A DNA stretch of 64,000 nucleotides from Chryseobacterium gleum (GTDB lineage: Bacteria; Bacteroidota; Bacteroidia; UBA10329). The notes below the pieces were generated by a model that searched no databases, was not told the DNA's origin, and was given only the letters and a program-made list of their open reading frames with translations. Shown piece by piece: positions 56,197 to 64,000 of the stretch. Position 1 is the first letter of the stretch, and each line of letters starts with the position of its first letter. Location: NCBI GenBank assembly GCA_945903645.1, contig CAMDOM010000003.1:64507-128506 (forward strand). The letters are read 5' to 3'. The position numbers were made by a program, and so were the translations under genes.

Positions 56197-58908
56197 CTAT
56201 TTCCCGAAAATGCCTTTCAATTTGTCGGCAGCAGCTTTTTTCGCTTTTGATTCTGCTTCTTTTTTCAAACGATCGGCTTCTTTTCGAGCGCGGTCTTCGG
56301 TTTCTTTTTTCAAGCGTGTAGCCTCTTGCTCTGCCTGACCTTTTAGTTTATTCACCTCTTGCTCGGCCTGTTGTTTCAATTTGTCGGCTTCTTCTTTGGC
56401 TCTGCGCTCCAGTTCTTCTTTCTGCTTGTTGAGCTCGTCTGTAGCCATGTTTTTCAGGCTTTCTCCCATGTTCGCTCCGCCCGAACCACCAAATGATGGG
56501 GTGATAATCGGTTTGGCAAAGGTGCCTTTCACCAGCAAGTCCATGTCAATTTTGTCGGTAGCGCCAAGGTTAACGCCAAAACCTTTGGCCGCAGAAGATA
56601 AACTTCCAATAACGGCAGTGACCTGCGAACCAAGTGCCGCAGTAGGAATGCTGGTTTTTATTACATAGTCCATGGTTTCATCAAATCCGTGGCTACCACC
56701 AATGTTTGCAGATACAGGACCAACTTTCACATCGAATGGAGCAATAGAAACGCGACCATTTTCAAACTTGAAGCTCAGGTTCATATCTTTCACCTCTGGG
56801 TTTTTTAATGCGGGATATTTAACCACCTCGGTGATTTTGTTCAGCATTTCAGTACCCTTCACTTTTAGGCTTTTAGACGTAAGTCTTCCACCACCGTTCA
56901 AGGATTTGAGGTCGGCATCCATGCCATTCAAACCACCTTTTACAGCGAATTGTAGGGATATTTTGCCTTCTGTTTTCTCTCCAAATGGAATCAGTTTTTT
57001 GACCGTATTGAACGTGCGGAAGGCTTCTTTCACCACCACTTCATTTACATTCAAATCAAAAGCGAATACTGGTTTTTTCTCATTGCGTGAGTCATAGTTT
57101 CCGCTCATAGTCACGCCACCGCCAAGGGTATTAAAGTATAGTCCACTCAAATCGGCCTTGCCTTCGCGAATGCTGACATTGCCTTTCACTTGCGATAGGG
57201 TCATGTTGTCGTAGATGAGTTTGCTCACGTTGAGAGCCAACGCAACATCCAAGTTTTGGGGAATAAGCATGGGCTCTGATGTGGTGGCGGCAGGCGCTGA
57301 TTCGGTAGGTTTTGCTTCGGGAGCGGCATTCGGGTCGGTAGGAACTATTCCCATCAATTGATTTACATCGAGCAAGGTGCTGTTTAGCGCAAAGCTTCCT
57401 TTCAACAATTCATCTTTAAACGCATAGCCTAAATAGTTCTCAATCTTGCCACTAGCTTTGAAATCTGATTTGCCTGCCTTGGCATCGAATGAAGTCAATT
57501 CTAAGTGTGTTGGGGCAAATTTGAACTGTGCGTATTTCACGTTTATCGGTAACACCAATGATTTTGTGGCGTATTCAAAGTTGGTGAGTATGAATTCGCC
57601 ACGGGCCACAAAGCGGTCGTATTGCTTGTTGTCGAGATACGATTGACGGCCTTTCAAATCGGCATCGGCTATGAGTGTGCCTGTAATCTTATCTTCTTTT
57701 TCGAGCGGCATCACATCGGCCACGCTTCCAAGTTCGAGTTTGCCTTTAAAGGAGGCGTCAATGTCTGGGTCGCTAGTTGGAGTCTTAATCAGCATCCGAA
57801 CATCAAATGGATTTCCAGCCATTTGAAAGTGAAGTTTCTTGAGGTTAACGACAGTGCGGTCTGGATCGCCTCCAGGATTCATTACATTCAAGTCGATGGT
57901 AATTTGCTCCACTTTTTTCGTCAAATCCGGGTATTGAAACGAGGCATCATCTACCTTCAAATTGAGATTGAAAGCGGGCATTGTTGTTTCATTGTAGGTG
58001 CCTTTGGCCATGCCATTGAGAGCAAGTTTTCCGCTGGTTTTTACAGCAGAAAAATCGGTCATGTAAACAGATGGAATGAGCGATAGAATCTCTTTGAAGT
58101 CTGTTTTTGGTGCTCCAAACGTTAAATCCATAGTGATGTCGTCATCGTTTGGCATGCCCACGTTGCCCTTCCATACAAGATTTAGCCCGTTTATGCGCAG
58201 CGAGTTGTCTTTCAATACGAACTGCATATTCTTCATATCGGCATCAACTTCTGCTTTTACTTCCAATTCCACTCTACTTAAGTATGGAATCCCACCGTTT
58301 ACCAAGGTTAGTTTATCCATAGTCACCTCGGTATCTACCGAAGTATTGTCGGCCGTAAAATCGCCACTCAATTCCATATTCAACGCAGCAGTGTTAATTG
58401 CAGTGCCGCCTTCGCGATCATCGTAGCGTATCTCTACATTATCGATTGAGAATTTCTTCAGTTTAAGTTGGAATGCAGTGGGTTCAGCGGCTGGGGCTTC
58501 GGCTCCATCTTCGCTTGAAGGAACAATATCATAGCTCGCCTTGCCGCCTTTTAGCACCGTTGCGCTCACCAATCCGTTTGCCAAATTGATGTGGTTTATT
58601 ACAGGCGCACCATTGATAGCGCTCATGATGTTTACATCCAAGCCCAATGTTTCGAGATAGACAAGGGTATCGCCTTCAAATTCTTGAACTCCGATAACGG
58701 AAAGGTTTTCTACACCTACAAACAAGTCCGGAAAACTGCGAAAGAGCGATAGGCTTACATCACTAAAATTGATTTTAGCATTTAGGTTTTTGTTGGCTTC
58801 TTCCAACACTTTTTTCTTAATCGGTTCTTCTAGAACGATAGGGATAATGATGGCTGCGGCAAGCAGAATACCGAAGAATATACCTAAACCGATGAGTGCT
58901 TTTTTCAT
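56197..58908 (-). CDS. AsmA-family (TamB/AsmA-like) envelope protein with a C-terminal ER/K-rich helical tail
   Basis: N-terminal TM anchor MKKALIGLGIFFGILLAAAIIIPIVL, then an ~800-aa beta-rich AsmA-like body. The tail is ELNKQKEELERRAKEEADKLKQQAEQEVNKLKGQAEQEATRLKKETEDRARKEADRLKKEAESKAKK. Its stop overlaps the porE-like start (ATGA-type junction). Confidence 0.6.
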   Translation of the reverse strand: MKKALIGLGIFFGILLAAAIIIPIVLEEPIKKKVLEEANKNLNAKINFSDVSLSLFRSFPDLFVGVENLSVIGVQEFEGDTLVYLETLGLDVNIMSAINGAPVINHINLANGLVSATVLKGGKASYDIVPSSEDGAEAPAAEPTAFQLKLKKFSIDNVEIRYDDREGGTAINTAALNMELSGDFTADNTSVDTEVTMDKLTLVNGGIPYLSRVELEVKAEVDADMKNMQFVLKDNSLRINGLNLVWKGNVGMPNDDDITMDLTFGAPKTDFKEILSLIPSVYMTDFSAVKTSGKLALNGMAKGTYNETTMPAFNLNLKVDDASFQYPDLTKKVEQITIDLNVMNPGGDPDRTVVNLKKLHFQMAGNPFDVRMLIKTPTSDPDIDASFKGKLELGSVADVMPLEKEDKITGTLIADADLKGRQSYLDNKQYDRFVARGEFILTNFEYATKSLVLPINVKYAQFKFAPTHLELTSFDAKAGKSDFKASGKIENYLGYAFKDELLKGSFALNSTLLDVNQLMGIVPTDPNAAPEAKPTESAPAATTSEPMLIPQNLDVALALNVSKLIYDNMTLSQVKGNVSIREGKADLSGLYFNTLGGGVTMSGNYDSRNEKKPVFAFDLNVNEVVVKEAFRTFNTVKKLIPFGEKTEGKISLQFAVKGGLNGMDADLKSLNGGGRLTSKSLKVKGTEMLNKITEVVKYPALKNPEVKDMNLSFKFENGRVSIAPFDVKVGPVSANIGGSHGFDETMDYVIKTSIPTAALGSQVTAVIGSLSSAAKGFGVNLGATDKIDMDLLVKGTFAKPIITPSFGGSGGANMGESLKNMATDELNKQKEELERRAKEEADKLKQQAEQEVNKLKGQAEQEATRLKKETEDRARKEADRLKKEAESKAKKAAADKLKGIFGK

Positions 58909-59129
58909 GGAAAGTTGAATTGAAATAGTGAGTTGTATTGCTCGAAATCAAGCTTCGAAGGTACTCAACAGAAGGTAGTTCTTCGAGTTGGGGCACGGCT
59001 ATTTATTGTATAATTTTTTGGTGGCGCAATGCGATATATTTGTCATGTAACCTTAAGGCCATGACAAAACAAGATTAAACGGAAGAAAAATTTGCTGAAA
59101 AAGCCAAATGAAAAATTCAAAATTTCTTT

Positions 59130-59537
59130 TTGTGGTTCGCTGCTGTGGCGGTCATTTTAACCACGGTAGTTACCTTATTTCTGGTGTATGCCATCTATAG
59201 AGAAGGCGTGCGAGCAGGAACTGTTTTGAAGATAAGCAAGCGTGGAATGCTATTTAAAACCTATGAAGGTCAACTGGATTTGGAGGTGTTTGGTGCCAAT
59301 GTGAACAAAGAGAACCTACTGAACCAAGCATTCATGTTTTTAGTAAAAGACCCCGCTGTGATTAAAGATTTGGATGCAGTTTCCATATCGGGAGAGCGGG
59401 TTAATTTGCGGTATGAAGAAAAGTATTTGCAACTTTCGTTTTTATGGGAGACTAAGTATTTCGTTACTGCGGTAGAGCGGTCGATGGTAGAATTGGAGGG
59501 AGTCCTTATTCGTTTGGAGCAAAAAAAATGCCCTTGA
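59130..59537 (+). CDS. Hypothetical small membrane-anchored protein; start uncertain (TTG in the track)
   Basis: The N-terminus is hydrophobic, AAVAVILTTVVTLFLVYAIY. There is no in-frame ATG before it; the first in-frame ATG is at Met40. There is no recognisable domain. Confidence 0.35.
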   Translation: MWFAAVAVILTTVVTLFLVYAIYREGVRAGTVLKISKRGMLFKTYEGQLDLEVFGANVNKENLLNQAFMFLVKDPAVIKDLDAVSISGERVNLRYEEKYLQLSFLWETKYFVTAVERSMVELEGVLIRLEQKKCP

Positions 59538-59559
59538 ACCATGGTTCAAGGGCATTTTT
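59521..59559. terminator. Strong bidirectional terminator: perfect 28-nt palindrome flanked by A8 and T5
   Basis: AAAAAAAATGCCCTTGAACCATGGTTCAAGGGCATTTTT. The palindrome centre is CCATGG. It serves both the convergent genes 59130..59537 and 59576..61288. Confidence 0.8.
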
Positions 59560-59575
59560 AGTAAGCGGATTTCGC

Positions 59576-61288
59576 TTATTTCTTAATCAGCGTGCGGAAT
59601 GAAGTTGAAGTTCCATCTTGGAACGTAAGACGGAATATATGCATTCCATTGCTCAAAGAAGATGCATCGACACGAAGTGTGTTACTAGCTCCGTTGGTAA
59701 TGTTTTGGCTCATCATTTCGCGACCAGCCATATCAAACACATTCAGAATTACATTTCCTTTTACAGTTGTTCCCATTGGAATGCTAATAAAATCGGCTGT
59801 TGGGTTTGGATAAGCCATGATTTCTTTGCTAGCAACATCTTCTGCAATACCAGTAGCAGATGAAAGGTGCGTGATTATAGCTGGTGAATTGTCGGGACCA
59901 AAGCCACCAGGAGTCCATGTTGTGCCCACTTTAACTGGGAAAAAGATGTCTGAAGGATATGCATCGTAAGTAAGTTCGTAGTCAATACCCGCATCAACGG
60001 TTAGGAACATGCTATCTCTAAAAATAGTAGCACATACCAAATACTTGATGCCATCTTCAAGGAAAACGGGCTCGTCAAAATCTGCTCTTACAAATTCGCC
60101 ATCAGCATTTTCGGTATAATCATAGAATACTTCACCGATTTGCAAAAGGTCTGTAAATGTTAGTGTAGTAGTGGTTTCGTCAAAGATGTCGTTCCACTCA
60201 TATACTTCTAGGAGAACAGCATCACCTTCAAGTGAATCGAGACCATTAGTGATAGTTGAGAAGCTAACGCCATCCACTTTCATGTTGCTTGCGTTATTAG
60301 AGCGAAGCATGGTGCACCATGTGAATTCAGGTCCAGTTGCTGGACGAATACCACCACCACCAATTGGCTCTGATGTGGTAGGATTAATGCGGCTTTTTGA
60401 ATACAGACCTTGGTCGTTTATCCAGAAATTAACATCCAAAAGGTTGTCGTTTGGAAATTCATCTTCAGTGGAAGTGGCTACCGAATAAGAAAGCGTGTAG
60501 TAGCCCACTGGATAGTTGTCTAGGGCAAAGTTTGGCAAAGAAACCAATACACTATCGCCAGCAAGAACGCTTTCTGGAGAAGATGTTTCATTATAAAGCT
60601 CATCACCATCAACGGTGATAACAGCACTAAGGCTCAATCCGGTTTGATTTTCTGAACCGTAGTTGTGCAACCATGCTCCCACTGGAATATCGAAATCCGT
60701 GCTATCCAAAGCAAATTGTACGGGAGTAGCAAAGCTCTTTGCCATTGCAACGTTTGGTTTTTGGAAACCAGCATCGAAAGCAAAAAGGCCAGTTTTATTT
60801 CCGATAAACATTTGTAGCGTTCCAGCATCTACATATTGCCGAAGCGCTGCACCGTCTGTGTTGCTAATCATAACTACAGGAATAGTAACTTGAGCACCAA
60901 CGGCACCACCGCCCATGCCAACGGGCTCACCTGGAATGTTGTTTACAATAATTACCCCAACGGCACCAGCATCTTGTGCTTTCAATGCTTTCGCGCCAAA
61001 TTCGCAATCACCACGATATAACATGGCAATTTCCCCGTCTAGTTCAGCGGTATTGCTAGCAACAGCACAAGCCAAAGTGTCGGAAGCAACTGCTGCGCGA
61101 TAAAGCACAACCATGGCTGATACTTCTGTGGTGTCCATGTCTGCACCCCAAGTGTCAGAATAGGTAAAGGTGTAGCTTCCTTCTGCTGCAGCTGGTGCTT
61201 CGCCCAAGACCACGAGCTGGGCGTTAACTTGTGCAGAGAACGCCATTGCGGCAATTATTCCTACACTTTTAAGTAGTGTTTTTTTCAT
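59576..61288 (-). CDS. Secreted PA (protease-associated) domain protein with a T9SS C-terminal sorting domain
   Basis: Signal peptide MKKTLLKSVGIIAAMAFSAQVNAQ; the track's upstream ATG 61363 was not used. The PA-domain-like segment is GEIAMLYRGDCEFGAKALKAQDAGAVGVIIVNN. The T9SS CTD is MAYPNPTADFISIPMG...FRTLIKK. Confidence 0.6.
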   Translation of the reverse strand: MKKTLLKSVGIIAAMAFSAQVNAQLVVLGEAPAAAEGSYTFTYSDTWGADMDTTEVSAMVVLYRAAVASDTLACAVASNTAELDGEIAMLYRGDCEFGAKALKAQDAGAVGVIIVNNIPGEPVGMGGGAVGAQVTIPVVMISNTDGAALRQYVDAGTLQMFIGNKTGLFAFDAGFQKPNVAMAKSFATPVQFALDSTDFDIPVGAWLHNYGSENQTGLSLSAVITVDGDELYNETSSPESVLAGDSVLVSLPNFALDNYPVGYYTLSYSVATSTEDEFPNDNLLDVNFWINDQGLYSKSRINPTTSEPIGGGGIRPATGPEFTWCTMLRSNNASNMKVDGVSFSTITNGLDSLEGDAVLLEVYEWNDIFDETTTTLTFTDLLQIGEVFYDYTENADGEFVRADFDEPVFLEDGIKYLVCATIFRDSMFLTVDAGIDYELTYDAYPSDIFFPVKVGTTWTPGGFGPDNSPAIITHLSSATGIAEDVASKEIMAYPNPTADFISIPMGTTVKGNVILNVFDMAGREMMSQNITNGASNTLRVDASSLSNGMHIFRLTFQDGTSTSFRTLIKK

Positions 61289-61393
61289 GATGATTTGGTT
61301 GAAGATTTTGTGAATTATTTTTTTGGAATGCAAATATACTTCGAGGTTATGAAACCTTAACATTTGTTGTGATTATTAAGAATAAAAGGACAA

Positions 61394-61648
61394 TTAATGC
61401 TTGAAACGGACGAATAAACGTCCGAAGTTCTTGCTATCCTTATCAATGCGGTGGTATTTTGCCTTTATGTGTTTTTGTTCGAGAAAACGGATAACGGCCT
61501 TTTTCAATTGTCCACTTCCTTTGCCCGGAATAATTTCTACTAAAGGAATGCGTTTTTCTACTGCTTCGTCAATCACGCGGTTTAATTCGGTATCAATCTT
61601 CTTGCCTTTATTGAAGATTTCGTGGAGGTCGAGAACGAGTTTGGACAT
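61394..61648 (-). CDS. Smr-domain protein
   Basis: LDLHEI...VEIIPGKGSGQLKKAV..., which is the small MutS-related (Smr) domain signature. Confidence 0.7.
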   Translation of the reverse strand: MSKLVLDLHEIFNKGKKIDTELNRVIDEAVEKRIPLVEIIPGKGSGQLKKAVIRFLEQKHIKAKYHRIDKDSKNFGRLFVRFKH

Positions 61649-61753
61649 AAGGCGAAAATAGGATTTAGTATTTAGGTATGCATGGTAAGGCGTAAGTAGT
61701 GAGGTGGGTAGCCGTTTCCATAATTTGATTCCTAGTCGAACTATCTTCGCGCC

Positions 61754-62989
61754 ATGGCAGCATTGCTTATCAAGAATATCCGAATTCTAGCTCAGGTGCG
61801 AGAAAACACGGATGCACCTGTGCGCGGATTAGATATGGCGCAACTTCCAACTTTAGAAAATGCTTGGCTGCTTATAAAAGGCGGGACTATCATGGATTAC
61901 GGTACTATGGATGCTTGTCCGCCCGATCCGAATGCAGTGATTGACGCTTCAGACCGATTGGTGCTTCCCGCTTGGATAGATTCGCATACGCACATTGTGT
62001 TTGCTCACACTCGCGAAGAGGAATTCGTTGACCGGATAAAAGGACTGACCTACGAGCTGATTGCTACTAAAGGAGGCGGCATCCTCAACTCCGCAAGGCG
62101 ACTGGCTGATACGCCAGAAGATAAATTATATAAAGAAGCATTGGCGCGGATCAACGAAGTTGTAGCTACTGGAACAGGTGCCATCGAAATTAAAAGTGGT
62201 TATGGGCTAAGTGTAGAAGGCGAGTTGAAGATGCTGCGTGTCATTAAGCGCTTGAAGGAAACCCATTCCATAACCATCAAGGCTACGTTTTTGGGTGCGC
62301 ATGCCTTTCCGCAGGAATACAAGTCCGATAGGGAAGGCTATGTGCAGCTCATCATTCAAGAGATGCTGCCCGCCATCGCTGCCGAAGGGCTGGCGGATTT
62401 TATCGATGTGTTTTGCGAGAAGAACTATTTCACGCCCGATGAGATGGGCCGCATCCTTGAAGCAGGTGCCAAGCATGGACTGCGCGCCAAGGTGCACGTG
62501 AACCAGTTCAATAGTATAGGAGGTATTGAAGCTGCCATAGCGCACAATACCCTTTCTGTGGATCACTTAGAAGTGATAACAGATACGGATATCACTGCCT
62601 TGGCCGCTAGCAATGTGATGCCCACGGTGCTGCCCTCGTGCTCGTTCTTCCTCAATATTCCATATGCCCCTGCAAGGCGCATGATGGATGCTGGGCTGCC
62701 CATATGCCTTGCCACCGATTACAACCCTGGGAGCACACCATCGGGCAACATGCCTTTTGTGCTCTCGTTGGCCTGCATCAAGCTGCGGATGCTGCCCGAA
62801 GAGGCCATCAATGCCGTCACCATCAATGCCGCCTTCGCCCTTGGGCTGGAAAAGGAACTCGGTTCCATCACCCGTGGCAAGACGGCCAACATCATCATCA
62901 CACAACCGATGGAGTCCATTGCACGGATACCCTACAGCTTTGGTAGTAATACTGTTTGGAAGACGTTGGTGAAGGGGTATGAGGTGTAG
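61754..62989 (+). CDS. hutI: Imidazolonepropionase (amidohydrolase superfamily)
   Basis: The metal-binding DSHTHIVFA, GAIEIKSGYGL, and conserved HutI blocks (HV..NQF, LATDYNPGS). Confidence 0.85.
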   Translation: MAALLIKNIRILAQVRENTDAPVRGLDMAQLPTLENAWLLIKGGTIMDYGTMDACPPDPNAVIDASDRLVLPAWIDSHTHIVFAHTREEEFVDRIKGLTYELIATKGGGILNSARRLADTPEDKLYKEALARINEVVATGTGAIEIKSGYGLSVEGELKMLRVIKRLKETHSITIKATFLGAHAFPQEYKSDREGYVQLIIQEMLPAIAAEGLADFIDVFCEKNYFTPDEMGRILEAGAKHGLRAKVHVNQFNSIGGIEAAIAHNTLSVDHLEVITDTDITALAASNVMPTVLPSCSFFLNIPYAPARRMMDAGLPICLATDYNPGSTPSGNMPFVLSLACIKLRMLPEEAINAVTINAAFALGLEKELGSITRGKTANIIITQPMESIARIPYSFGSNTVWKTLVKGYEV

Positions 62990-63087
62990 TTTTTTCTTTT
63001 TAGCTAATGCAAGCTTTTTATGATTTTTTGCGAATTCGTAACCCCTACTATAATTTTCAATTCTAGTTACCTGTCTGCTTAAATAAA

Positions 63088-63699
63088 ATGATTTCAAAAG
63101 TTCTCCAAGATGCCGTTGATGAGTTTACGCAGTTGCCTGGAGTGGGGCAGAAGACCGCCTTCCGCTTTGTGCTGCATCTGCTGAAGAAGAATCCGCAGGA
63201 ACTGGAACGTTTCGGCCACACTTTCCTTACACTGAAAGAGAATGTGCGCCATTGCCGCGACTGTTTCACCATCACCGACAAGGAGGTATGCGATATATGT
63301 AGCGATTCGAGGCGCGACCGTTCTTTGATCTGCGTAGTGGAGGATATCCGCGATGTGGTGGCGTTCGAGAACACTGCTCAGTTTAAGGGCACCTACCATG
63401 TATTGGGTGGAATCATCTCGCCAATGGACGGTGTAGGGCCGAGCGAATTGCGCATCGCCCCATTGGTGGAGCGCTGCATGAGCGCTGAAGTGGCCGAAGT
63501 GATTCTGGCCCTGAGCACCACCATGGAGGGCGATACCACCAACTTCTACCTTTTTCGCCAGCTGAAACCTTGCAATGTGAAGGTGAGCACCTTGGCGCGA
63601 GGAGTTTCTATCGGTGGTGGACTTGAATTTACGGATGAGGTGACCCTTGGTCGCTCGCTTGTGCTGCGGGTGCCCTACGAAAACTCGCTAGGGCGCTAG
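63088..63699 (+). CDS. recR: Recombination protein RecR
   Basis: Helix-hairpin-helix LPGVGQKTAFRF, the C4 zinc finger CRDCFTITDKEVCDIC, and a Toprim domain LICVVEDIRDVVAFE. Confidence 0.9.
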   Translation: MISKVLQDAVDEFTQLPGVGQKTAFRFVLHLLKKNPQELERFGHTFLTLKENVRHCRDCFTITDKEVCDICSDSRRDRSLICVVEDIRDVVAFENTAQFKGTYHVLGGIISPMDGVGPSELRIAPLVERCMSAEVAEVILALSTTMEGDTTNFYLFRQLKPCNVKVSTLARGVSIGGGLEFTDEVTLGRSLVLRVPYENSLGR

Positions 63700-63737
63700 T
63701 TTTTTACAAAAAAGCAGAACCAGATTAGGATCTAGTA

Positions 63738-63925
63738 GTTCAGAGTGCCTTCTGTGGAACCTACGGAGCATAAACAGGAAGCTTTTTGTCCTTTTGGAAG
63801 TTCATGGAGCATAAACAGGAAGCTTTTCGCCCTCTTGGAAGCCACGGAACACTTTCGCAATTCGGAGTGCCCTCTGTGGAAACCACAGAGCACTATCGAA
63901 TTTCGGAGTGTCTATTGGTGTGTTT
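63738..63925. repeat. Degenerate head-to-tail tandem array (~4.5 copies) of a ~41-nt non-coding unit downstream of recR, running toward the window edge
   Basis: The unit ACGGAGCATAAACAGGAAGCTTTT(T/C)G(T/C)CC(T/C)TTTGGAAG appears twice at ~85% identity (63763, 63805). More diverged copies follow (ACGGAACACTTTCGCAATTCGGAGTGCCCTCTGTGGAAACC; ACAGAGCACTATCGAATTTCGGAGTGTCTATTGGTG), plus a leading half-unit CAGAGTGCCTTCTGTGGAACCT. Confidence 0.5.
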
Positions 63926-64000
63926 CCTTACCTAATCACGTCATTCCTTCATTCCGTATAACTTTTCTTTATTACATCATTTCTTTTCCAACACTTTATC

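Noticed and set aside
56381-58426. Several plus-strand ORFs of 95-154 aa
   Set aside because: They are all antisense within the AsmA-like gene.
62567-63399. Minus-strand ORFs of 176, 103 and 101 aa, and plus-strand ORFs within hutI
   Set aside because: They are antisense or alternative-frame ORFs inside hutI and recR, both of which have strong conserved motifs.
63738-63925. Possible CRISPR array at the window edge
   Set aside because: The repeat units abut directly and diverge progressively. There are no unique fixed-length spacers and no cas genes nearby. It is better described as a degenerate tandem repeat.
1-64000. Mobile elements, tRNA/rRNA genes, toxin-antitoxin pairs, restriction-modification or other defence-island content
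   Set aside because: I found no integrase, transposase, nuclease/methylase, tRNA cloverleaf or rRNA signatures on either strand. The window looks like conserved chromosomal core plus secretome genes.

Overview
The window reads as a chromosomal core segment of a Bacteroidota genome, probably Flavobacteriia- or Cytophagia-like. The evidence is an intact nqrABCDEF operon and at least eight proteins ending in the type IX secretion (T9SS/Por) C-terminal sorting domain. Other T9SS-linked genes are a partial PorP/SprF-family gene, a PorE-like four-domain OmpA_C protein and an AsmA-family protein. I found no integrases, transposases, tRNAs, rRNAs or CRISPR arrays.

The window holds about 50 protein-coding genes. 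Housekeeping genes include serB-serA (fused), msrB, msrA, a cspA-like gene, prfC, recR, hutI, mgtE, a Crp-family regulator, an MnmC-like methyltransferase and a PIF1-like helicase. The secreted repertoire includes a TonB-dependent receptor, an M43 metalloprotease, an S1 serine protease, a multicopper oxidase and several beta-propeller proteins.

The item I cannot assign to any known family is a 1497-aa secreted protein (49242..53735). It has an N-terminal carboxypeptidase-regulatory-like beta-sandwich followed by more than 1000 residues of E/R/K/A-rich predicted single alpha helix. That helix includes about 12 in-frame tandem repeats of 23-29 aa and three isolated TPR-like units. It lies convergent to an asmA-like, porE-like, small CRD-protein operon whose AsmA-like member also ends in an ER/K helix.

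Smaller curiosities include:
- a 67-aa signal-peptide plus PEP-CTERM-like mini-protein;
- a 143-aa protein that is essentially a signal peptide plus an orphan T9SS CTD;
- SerB-SerA and SCP2-CoA-transferase fusions;
- a four-gene KS-like / polysaccharide-deacetylase / LolA-like lipid module with GTG/TTG starts and overlapping reading frames;
- a degenerate ~41-nt tandem repeat array at the 3' edge.

The ORF track uses TTG/GTG as starts, so several reported 5' ends were moved to in-frame ATGs that give canonical N-termini.
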